The notes below the pieces were generated by a model, which made no database searches, had not been told where the DNA came from, and worked only from the letters and a program-made list of their open reading frames with translations. From an uncultured Ignavibacteria bacterium (GTDB lineage: Bacteria; Zixibacteria; MSB-5A5; DSPP01), in NCBI GenBank assembly GCA_964607165.1, contig CAZSIT010000012.1:4301-68300 (forward strand): a stretch of DNA of 64,000 bases, given 5' to 3'. Below are positions 36,489 through 46,400 of this stretch, in pieces. How positions within the stretch are numbered: position 1 is the stretch's first letter; each line of letters opens with the position of its first letter. The translations under genes were made by a program, and so were the position numbers.

Positions 36489-38981
36489 ATGAAACGGGTT
36501 ATTTTGCTTGTATCGATTTTGTTTATTCCGGCGGCACTTTTCGCCTTTCAGCCGCTTTTTGACACCTGGATAGCCTATCCCGTGGGGATCAACCCAACCC
36601 ACGCCCTGGCTGCCGATTTGGACAACGACGGGGATTTGGATTTGGTCGCGTCTAATCATAAAAGCTTTAGCGGCGGCAGTTTTACGGTTCTCTTCAACGA
36701 AGGCAATGGGACATTTAATGTTGATACCACGTATGAGGCTCCGACCACTCCCGCACAGACATTGGCGGTGGATTTGGATAAAGATGGAGATTTGGAATTG
36801 ATAGTAGTCAGTCGAGGCGTCCAATTTGCCGTCTTTTTGAATAGAACGATTGAAGCGGCTTTGCCGCCGGAGGCTGGCCGGTTTCGTTTCGCTTATGTCT
36901 GTCCGGTCGCCAACACTGCCGTGGGGGCAGTCGCCTTGGATTTGAAGGAAGATACGCTGGCGGATACCGACGTGGTAACCGTAAGTTTTGCTCCCCGAGA
37001 TCTTATTCAAACATTTCTGAACACCGGAGGAAAATTTCCGAACGGCCCGGATGATGACTTCAGAGCCAGGGCGGGTACGCGCTCGATAGCCGCTGCGGAC
37101 TTTAACGCCGATGGGTTCCCGGACGTGGTTGTGGCGGACTCCGCCAGCGACAGCATTTCCGTGTTTTTGAACATTGGGAATGGACTGTTTGGCCTACCCA
37201 CCCACTATCGAGTAAGCAACCGGCCGTTAGGGCCGCTGGTGATTGGGTTTATATCGCTCGCGCCAAATTCGGTTAGGACGGCAGATTTTGACGGGGATTC
37301 GGATGCGGATGTGGCCGTGGTTTGCGGAAAAAGAGACAGCGTTATTATATTCAAGGGTAACGGCAATGGAACCTTGACCTTGCAAAACATTTTTTACGGA
37401 GTGGGGCGATTGCCCCAGGCAGCCGTGGCGGCCAACCTGGACGGCGATGCGGACATAGATTTGGCGGTCGCGAATTTGGGGGGGGGCAGCATATCCATCT
37501 TGAAAAACAATGGAAATGCCACGTTTTCAGTTAAAACCGACTTTTTGGTGAAAAGCGACCCGCTTTCCTTATATGCCGCCGATTTGGACGGTGACGGCGA
37601 TTTTGATTTGGCGGCCCCCAATGACAGCGGCAATGCGGTTACGGTTTTGATAAATGATGGAAATGCCGATTTCTTTAACGGGACCCCTTACGCCACCGGC
37701 GTAACCCCGGTAGGTATAACGTTGGCCGATTTGGATGGAGATGGGGATTTGGATTTGGCAGTGGCCAACAAAAATAGCAATACGCTTTCCATATTTCTGA
37801 ATAATGGAAACGGGAGTTTTTCGGCCGGCACAACTCCTTTTACGGGGGGCGCCCCGAATTTTGTGGTTGCCTGCAACTTGGACGGAGACGGGGACGTCGA
37901 TTTAGTGACCTCCAATCAGACCAGCGGGACGATTTCGGTTTTGAAGAACAACGGGGACGGCACTTTTGCCTCCGAGGTTCCCTATCAAGTGGGAACCGCT
38001 TCCCCCAATCCGGTGCCGGACGGCGTTGCCTGCGCCGATTTTGACGGCGACGGCGATAACGATTTGGCGGTGACTTGCGCTAACCAAAACGTGCTTACCA
38101 TCCTGAAAAACAACGGGGACGGTACTTTTGCCGTTGGCGCGCGGGTTAACGTTACCACCGGCAATTCACCCACTTCGGTCGCCGCCGCCGACCTGGACGG
38201 GGATGGGGACATAGATTTGGCGGTAAGCAATCAAGGAATCAGTTCCGATTTAACAACTAATAAAATCATAGTTTATCTTAACGATGGAACCGGATTTTTC
38301 GTGCCGGCAGTGGATCTCCAAACCGGCTCGGTTCCGATACAAGTAGTGGCATGCGATTTAAACGGGGACGGGGATGTTGACCTGGCGGTGGCGAACAAAG
38401 GGGCTCCCTTGGTGCCGGCCAATACGGTCTCGATTTTTGAAAACAACGGGGACGGCACCTTTGCCGGGCAGGTCGTTTACCCGGTCGGCGGATTTCCCAA
38501 TTCCATCTTTGCAGGAGACTTTGACGGCGACGGCCGGCAGGATTTGCTGACGGCCAATTCGGCAAGCACCAGCAACAGTTTTTCATTTTTGAAAAACAAC
38601 GGCGATTCGACTTTTGCCCCGGCGATTGAATACGGAGCCGGAGGGAGAAACGTCCACTATCTCTTTGGCTTTGTTGTTGGAGGCGATTTGGACGGCGATG
38701 GTGATAGAGAAGTGGTTGTAACCAACTCCGCCGATAATAAAATTTCGGTCTTCAAAAACCTATCGATTCCGCTGGCCAACGTTTTGGGAGACGTCAACGG
38801 GGACGGCCTTTTTAGCCTGTCCGATATCGTGGCGGAATTCAACTGCGTCTTTTTGGGAGAAGGTTTGCCGGGCGGCTTTGAGCGGGCGGACATTAATTGC
38901 AACGGCTTTTTAAACAGCGCGGATGTAGTGGTGTTGCTGAACGGTTACTATTTGATTTCTCCGCTGCCGGCCTGCCCGTAG
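36489..38981 (+). CDS. secreted FG-GAP/VCBS repeat protein with C-terminal dockerin-like domain
   Basis: Many DLDGDGDxDLAV repeats; GDVNGDG..ADINCNG duplicated Ca-binding motif. Confidence 0.88.
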   Translation: MKRVILLVSILFIPAALFAFQPLFDTWIAYPVGINPTHALAADLDNDGDLDLVASNHKSFSGGSFTVLFNEGNGTFNVDTTYEAPTTPAQTLAVDLDKDGDLELIVVSRGVQFAVFLNRTIEAALPPEAGRFRFAYVCPVANTAVGAVALDLKEDTLADTDVVTVSFAPRDLIQTFLNTGGKFPNGPDDDFRARAGTRSIAAADFNADGFPDVVVADSASDSISVFLNIGNGLFGLPTHYRVSNRPLGPLVIGFISLAPNSVRTADFDGDSDADVAVVCGKRDSVIIFKGNGNGTLTLQNIFYGVGRLPQAAVAANLDGDADIDLAVANLGGGSISILKNNGNATFSVKTDFLVKSDPLSLYAADLDGDGDFDLAAPNDSGNAVTVLINDGNADFFNGTPYATGVTPVGITLADLDGDGDLDLAVANKNSNTLSIFLNNGNGSFSAGTTPFTGGAPNFVVACNLDGDGDVDLVTSNQTSGTISVLKNNGDGTFASEVPYQVGTASPNPVPDGVACADFDGDGDNDLAVTCANQNVLTILKNNGDGTFAVGARVNVTTGNSPTSVAAADLDGDGDIDLAVSNQGISSDLTTNKIIVYLNDGTGFFVPAVDLQTGSVPIQVVACDLNGDGDVDLAVANKGAPLVPANTVSIFENNGDGTFAGQVVYPVGGFPNSIFAGDFDGDGRQDLLTANSASTSNSFSFLKNNGDSTFAPAIEYGAGGRNVHYLFGFVVGGDLDGDGDREVVVTNSADNKISVFKNLSIPLANVLGDVNGDGLFSLSDIVAEFNCVFLGEGLPGGFERADINCNGFLNSADVVVLLNGYYLISPLPACP

Positions 38982-39012
38982 GGAACACTTGATGATTGGG
39001 AGATTGGAAGTT

Positions 39013-40143
39013 ATGCGAAATGGTTTTAAGGTTTTAGGATTGGCGGTTGTTACTCTGCTGGTGCTTCAGTGCAGTAAGGAAAAACCGACGCAAACGAAAA
39101 TTCCCTTCGGCAGGTCGGTGAGTTTTTCCCCGGTCGATTGGATGGCGAATCCGGCCGGAGGGATTTACGAAGGATGGGTGGTAACTTTGGATATAGTCGG
39201 GCTGGGGGTTTACACGCCGCAATATTTCAGCCTGGGGCGTTTTGGCTGGGATAATTATGTGTTCACCTTTTTGGATTCGGCGGGAAATGCGCGCGGGGGA
39301 GATTTTACGGCCAATCAAAATTTATTCACGGAAGATTTTGCGCCAATCGTCCATCCGGAAACTTTGAAAGTCATTGCGCGTCGAATGGCTGAAGGCAATA
39401 CCGTGCAATTGAGCTTTGCCAATCGGGCGCTGGCGGGGCTTAAAGTTTTGCTGGTGAGCGTGGAGCCGCTCATCGATACCGCCCGAAGCACCCCGGACAT
39501 ACCTTTTCTGGCCGGGGTCTGCAACATTTCCGGGAAATTTGACTTAATTTATCCCATTAATTATAAGGACCCGGACGTGGAGTGCCACTATTTTCTGGCC
39601 AGCCCCAGCGATACTTTGATTAACCTGGGTAAAGACAGCTCGACGGTCGCCAAAAACAATGAGACGGAAGGCATCTGGGTCGGGATTTTTGACCCGAAAA
39701 GCTCCGCCCGGGGCATGCCCGATACGATTTTTGCCAACCTTGATGTCGTGAAAGGCTGGCAGTTCGAAACCTGGTTTCAAAAAGGTTCCACTTTGATCAG
39801 CCTGGGTAAAATAAGACGCGCGGATTCGGCTGACCTGTCCAACCCCTATACCGATACCCTGCGGAAGGCCTTTCAAATACCGGGCGAGGATTTTAGAATA
39901 AACAATCCGCCGTTTACGAATGCCTTGGCGGCAACGATAATGTTGACTTTGGAGCCCTATCCCGACCCCGACCCGGCCAGCATCTTTCCATTGCTCCTCT
40001 TTCGCGACACAACTCGTGACAGCATTGCCAGTCTTAATCCGCTGACCCAGAAATTTGAGGACAACGTTCATCACAACTTTCTATTTGATAATCGGGCCCG
40101 CTTTTTCCCAAAGATAAAAGCGACCGTAATTCCCGAGCAATAG
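39013..40143 (+). CDS. hypothetical lipoprotein-like protein with an internally duplicated domain
   Basis: Hydrophobic leader ending LQC; YEGW..SLGRF / FETW..SLGKI and SVEP / TLEP repeats. Confidence 0.65.
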   Translation: MRNGFKVLGLAVVTLLVLQCSKEKPTQTKIPFGRSVSFSPVDWMANPAGGIYEGWVVTLDIVGLGVYTPQYFSLGRFGWDNYVFTFLDSAGNARGGDFTANQNLFTEDFAPIVHPETLKVIARRMAEGNTVQLSFANRALAGLKVLLVSVEPLIDTARSTPDIPFLAGVCNISGKFDLIYPINYKDPDVECHYFLASPSDTLINLGKDSSTVAKNNETEGIWVGIFDPKSSARGMPDTIFANLDVVKGWQFETWFQKGSTLISLGKIRRADSADLSNPYTDTLRKAFQIPGEDFRINNPPFTNALAATIMLTLEPYPDPDPASIFPLLLFRDTTRDSIASLNPLTQKFEDNVHHNFLFDNRARFFPKIKATVIPEQ

Positions 40144-40425
40144 CTCCCTTTTGTGAAAGGGAATTGTTTCCAGACCTGGGTAACACTTTTTCAAAATGAG
40201 AACCAGAAGGAAAAGCCCAAGCGTCGCTGCCGCCTAAAACCAGCTCCTCCTCCGGCGTCCCGACCTGTCGGGGCGCCCCGCTTCGCACTCTGAAGAGTGC
40301 GCCGGAGGGGAAACCTTGGCCAGGAAGCTACGCTCCCGAAAAGCCCTGAAAGTGTAGCCGAAACCCTTTAACTAATAACCTTGAAAATTATTACCTATGT
40401 ATAGGAACAATACATCTCTTTTTTG

Positions 40426-40463
40426 AAAGCAGCAAAGCCTCTTTCAAGAGGCTTTGCTGCTTT
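40426..40463. terminator. bidirectional intrinsic terminator
   Basis: aaagcagcaaagcctc-tttcaa-gaggctttgctgcttt between convergent genes. Confidence 0.8.
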
Positions 40464-40467
40464 CCGT

Positions 40468-43400
40468 TTAACATCCCGGTGGCAATCCCAAAAAGACGGT
40501 ATTCATTAAAATCACGGCGTCTGCGGCAGTCAACCGGCCGTCGCAGTTCATATCCGCAAAGCAGAGCTCGCAGCCGAAAATCGAGAGGAAGATACAGTTG
40601 AGCTCCCGAACGACATCGGCCGGAGTCAACAATCCATCGTCATTTATATCCCCTTTGAAAGCCGTGCAATTGATTACGGTCAGCCTAAGCGGGGTAAGCA
40701 CCAGGGGAGTGGTGGGGTCGTTGGCGGCAGTCCTGATGCTGGTTTGGTAAGTACCGGCGGGCAGGCTTTTGGCGCTTATTTTTACGGTAACGTCCTGCGT
40801 GTTTCCGGGAGCTACCACACCCGCAGCCGGAGCCACCGATAAATAGGAGGGCAGGCCGATAATTTGCCAGTTCAAATTTCCGAGCCCGGTATTTCCAATG
40901 GTCAGCGTGCGCGTGGTGCTGTCTCCCATAGGTAGCGTAACCTTAAAAGAATCGGGGGAAATCTGAACCAGGGCGGGGAGAGCCCCCAAACCGGCCAGTT
41001 GAACGGTTACGGTCGGGTCGGTGGAATCGGTGCTGGCAATGGAAAGAGCGCCGGTTTCCACTCCCGGCTGGGTGGGTGAAAAGCGCACGCGCAGGTTGTG
41101 TGAACCTCCTTGCGGGACATTGAAAACGGCCGGATCAAGGAGGGTGAAGTGCGAGTTATTGGAGGTTATTCCAGTCACTTCCAAAAGATCTGAACCGTCG
41201 TTGGAAACGGTCAAGGTCAGCGTGTCGGGGTAGTTGATATATACGGTTCCGAAGTCGAGCGTATCGTCGGATAAGACGATGTTGGGAGTGCCTATAACAT
41301 GCAGCTGCACCGGGGTGGTGTCCTGCGGCTCATCCGGGTCGTTGCTGGAAATCAGGATGTTGGCGTTGTAATACCCACCGTCCAAGCCGACAGCATCGAA
41401 GGTAACCTCCACATTTAAAGAGGAGCCAGCCGGAACTGTACCGGAAGCAGGATTGGCCGACAGCCAGTCTACGCTACCAGCTACCCATTCGAAGGCGTTA
41501 GTTATCAACAGGGTTGCATCCGTGGCGGGGTTAACCCCCCAGGAGTCCACGGCGGAAGTAAAGAGCGGAAAACTAATGTCAACCCGCCGCCCACCTCCCG
41601 CCTCTTTTACTGCGGCCAGGGGAGTCCCATCGGTAAATGACGCCAATAAAGTTGCGCCTGGAGCAACGGTAGCGCCGTTGAGGAGCTTCGATCCGGAAAT
41701 TAAGGTGCTTACTCCATTCATAACCGGATGGCTTGGCTCAAAGACAGCCCCGAGCGAAAAGGCCCCTCCACCCTCGTAACTGAAGGCGGAAATCAACCAG
41801 TAATTGCCGGTGTTGAAGCGGCCCTGAACCGTCCAGCCACCCCCGGTGCCATTGGCGGCAAAGGCGATAAAAACATTGCCACCGGCATCCACGTAGTCAG
41901 CCAAAACGTTGCCTATAGCGGCCGAACTCAACCACCCGTACCAGCCAAAGACGCCCACCGCATCAAACGCTTGCAGTTCAGCCAAGGTAGGAGTAATAAA
42001 ATACCCGTTTATAGTTGTGACGGAAGCAAACCGGCCTGAATTTACCAAATATTGGGTGATGTTGTTAAGGTACAAATCACTGCCCGTGCCGTCCGCCCCG
42101 AGGACCGCTATGTTCCCGCTGCCGGAAGAAGCATAAAATCGCGCCACGGAATTTGGCTTATATTGCGCAGCCATCCCCCCGCTGATGCTGTTTTGCGGCC
42201 CAAAAGCAGGGTTATCTCTTTCTAAATTAAACCTTGCGTTTAAGGAGGTAACCGCTGCGGCGACCCCTCCAATCGAAATATCAAAGGTCAAATCGCTATA
42301 ACCAGAGTTTGAGATAGTCAGAGTCTCAACTTTCATCTCCCCCGAATACAACTCGGCCTTCAAAGACTCGGGTGAAACCGAAATATCGGGCGGCAGGAGC
42401 CCCCGGCCCTGCAGGTAAACCGTAAGCGAAGGATCACCCGGGTCGTTGCTGGCGATGGTAAGCTGGCCGGTAAAGGAACCGGAGTCGGCCGGGGCGAAAG
42501 TCACAATCACATTTGTGTCTTGCCCAGGGTTTAAGCTGAATGCGGTCGGGTTGGGCGTGAAATTCGCATTGTCGGAACTGATGCTGCTTACCGTCAACAG
42601 GTCGGTGCCTTCGTTGGAGACAACCAAGGTTTCGGGGCGCGAGCCACCGACAAAGAGGTTGCCGTAATCGAGCGAGTCGTCGGAAAGAGCGATGTCCGGG
42701 GCGCCGGTAACGTGCAGGTGGGCCGGGGTGGTGTCCTGCGGCTCATCCGGGTCGTTTGAGGAAACGAGGATATTGGCGTAGTAATCTCCGCCAAACAAGC
42801 CGGTAGCATCGAAGGTGACTTCAACATCTAAAGAGGAGCCGGCCGGTATGGTGCCTGAAGTGGGAGCGGCCGAAAGCCAGTTGCCTCCGGCGACGGAAAA
42901 GGAATAATTGACCAGATTGGCCAGCGGGTTGCCCATGCCACCGCCGCCCCCCCAGCCATAGGTGAGGGTGGTGACGATGACCCTGCCGCCTCCCAACTTA
43001 TATTCCAACCAGGAAGCATCCTGGGTATTGTTCAAAACAATATGGCTCGCTCCGGGATAGTTGAACAGATGCCCGTGGTCAGTCGCACCCCAACTGTTAA
43101 AGTCGGCAGTGGTAAGCACCGCGCCACCGTAGGGCTGGCCGGTAATGTAGGAATGCCCCGGATCGGTGATGGTTTCCGCGTCGTGGGTCTGGCCGCCGAA
43201 ACCGCCGGCATAATTGGCGTAGTTCGTCCCCAATGGGTCAATCCCCAACCCGTCGCCAATGTTGCCGCCGACGTTGAGGACCACTACCCCACCAGATTGG
43301 ACGTAGGCGCTGATTTTGGACATATTATTAGTCAAATTGCTGTAGTCGGACCAGTCCGGTTCGCAATAGACCACCTTATATTGCTGCAAATCGGCGGTAG

Positions 43401-46400
43401 TCAGCGTGTTTAGGTCGAATTCCGAGGCCAACACGGAGCTGTAGCCGCCGAAAAAGGTTTTGTTTTTAAAATGGTCGATGATTAAAAAGTCGGCCGGAAC
43501 CAAAGGTCTGGAGATGCTTTTAGGAGCTGCCGAGTGCTGCGAAGAAGCCGTGGTCGGCGGGAGATCGGTCACGCTACGTGATGCGATCGGGTTCCAGCGG
43601 ATAGCGGGAAGCCCGTTGGGGCCTTTGAGTGCCTGTAGCGCGGCCGTTTCAATGGTGATGTCAAAGGTCAAATCGCTGTAACCGCTGTTGGCGATGGTCA
43701 GCGTTTCGACTTTCATTTCACCCGTGAACAAGTCGGCTTCCAGTGACTCGGGAGAAACCGAAATGTCGGGCGGCAGGAGCCCCCGGCCTTGCAGGTAAAC
43801 CGAAAGTGAAGGCTCATCCGGGTCATCGCTGGCGATGGTCAACTGGCCGGTAAAAGAACCGGAGTCGGCCGGGGTGAAAGTCACTATCACGTTTTGGTCA
43901 TCCCCGGGGTTTAAGCTGAAGGCGGTTGGGTTGGGTGTGAAATTCGCATTGTCGGAACTGATGCTGCTTACCGTCAACAGGTCGGTGCCTTCGTTGGAGA
44001 CAACCAAGGTTTCGGGGCGCGAGCCACCGACGAAGACGTTGCCGTAATCGAGCGAGTCGTCGGAAAGAGCAATGTCCGGAGCGCCGGTGACGTGCAGATG
44101 GGCCGGGGTGGTGTCCTGCGGCTCATCCGGGTCGTTAGAAGAGACAAGGATATTGGCGTAGTAGTCGCCGCCGTTTAGGCCGGTGGCGTCAAAGGTGACC
44201 TCAATTTCAGCCGAAGAGCCGGCGGGTATGACCCCGGAGTCAGGATTAGTCGAAAGCCAATCTGGCGCTCCCGAGAAGGCCAAAGCATTATCGATCACCG
44301 TTTGCAAAACCGCGAAATCGGTCGGATTGCTCCAGTAGAATTCGAAAGGAGAGTTAAGGAAGTAGATGAGCAGCCCGCTGCCAATTTTTTTGTTCATCAA
44401 ATCGGGAAAGCCGTCGCCGTTAATGGCGGCCACTTCGGCCAGGGCATCGTTAACCCGCAACATATAGAACGCCGCGCTGGGGTCGGTGAAGGTGTACGGA
44501 CTGGGCAAACCGGCCGCAAGCGGATGGGAGGGGTCGGAAACCTGGAGATGTGGGGTGGTCGAAACCGTCCAACCCTGCTGACCGGTGTGAGACAAAAGAT
44601 AAAGCTGCATACCGTTGTAGTAGGGAAGAAGACTGGTGCCGCCTATCATTATCAGTTTTTTACCGCTGGAAGCGGCGTTGGCTAAAGCCTGTACGTCGGG
44701 CTCTTCTACCGCGCCGCCATCCATAGCGACAATAATTGTGGTGTAGGGTGAAAAATCGATACCGGTGAAGACATCGGTTTGAATCAAATCATACGCAACT
44801 GACAGGTTGTTCAGCGCCTGTTCCACGGAGCCCAGTACTGGAATGGTGGACAAAAGCAGCACTTCCGGGGGTGCGGCGGAGGTGGAGGAACGGGCTGATA
44901 AGGTCTGAAATGGCAAGCCTCCGGAGCTGGTTTGGGTCAAAACTTCAGCGGAGATCTCCTTTGCCAGCATGGATAAATTCGGGCGGACGCCGGCTGGAGC
45001 TGGAGGTTCACTCGAATTTCGGGAACGATTAATGATTTTTGCATTCGCGAAAAGGATAGTGTCATCCTCCACGGCGATATCAAAGATGAGGTCGCTGTAG
45101 CCGGTGTTGGCGATGGTCAGCGTTTCGACTTTCATTTCGCCGGTGAATAAGTCGGCTTCCAACGAATCGGGCGAGACCGAAATGTCGGGTGGGAGTATGC
45201 CCGTGCCGGTCAAATAAACGGTCAGACTATCCTCATCCGGGTCGTTGCTGAGGATGGTAAGGTTCCCGGTGAACATACCGGTATCGACCGGGGTAAAGGT
45301 TACCAATACCAACTGGCTGTCGTCCGGATTCAAGTTAAAGCTGCTAATGTTTACCGTGAAATCCGGATTGTCGGAGGTAATACTGCTGACCATAACCACA
45401 TCGGTTCCAGGGTCTTTGACCACCAGGGTTTCAGTGCGGGAACCGCTGGTGAAAACCTCGCCATAGTCCAGTGTATCGTCCGAAAGGGCGATGTCCGGCG
45501 CCCCGGTTACGTGCAAGTGAGCGGGGGTGGTGTCCTGGGCCTCGTCCGGGTCGTTAGAGGAAACAATAACGTTGGCGTAGTAGTCGCCGCCGTTTAAGCC
45601 GGTGGCGTCAAAAGTTACTTCAACATCCAAGCTGTTGCTGGCCGGAATGGCGCCCGAATCGGGGTTGGCGGCCAGCCAGTTCAGGACGTCGCCGCTTTGA
45701 AAGGTGTCGCCGCAAAAACCGCTAAAGCTTCGTATGGCCACCCCTCCCGGCAGGAAACCAGATAGAGTCGCAGCTACGGTGTTGAGCAGGGTTGTTCCGT
45801 CGGAAGCATAGAGGCGCCCGGTAACGGCTGCGCCTTCTTCGAACGTAATTTCCAGTTTGTACCAGGTTCCGAAAGTCCACACCTGGGGGACTGAAGCGAG
45901 TGGAGAAAAGCCGTAACCGGCGTTTTCCTGGATAATTAGCTCATTGGTATTTGCGCCGGCCACCAACGACCAGGCTCCCCCGGCAGTTGCGCCAAACCCC
46001 ATATAAATGCGCCCCGAACCCGGTTTTATCCAGAGTGAAAGCTTTTCACCGGGATTGCCGATCGTGACGTCAGTCCGGTAGTGCCATTCCGGGTCGGAAA
46101 TTCCCTGCGCGCCATCGTGGGCACAGCCTGCCGAGATTAGGCCGCTCACGGGGAATACCTGCACCCAGGGAGACCAAGGCCAAGGGTCAAGTCGCTCAAA
46201 ATCTTCAATCAGCGGAAGGGCAGCACTTAGAGAGAAAGCAGCATTCAGATTTGCTCCAGCCATTGGTGCGGAAACCAGCGCTTCGGTTCTGTTTTTTACC
46301 GGCCCGGATGGGAACCTTTGACGATAGGTGGCTTCATCGAAACCGTTGGCTTCCCAAACGGAAAGACCGGCATCAAAGCTGCCCACCGAGGCAGCCCGGT

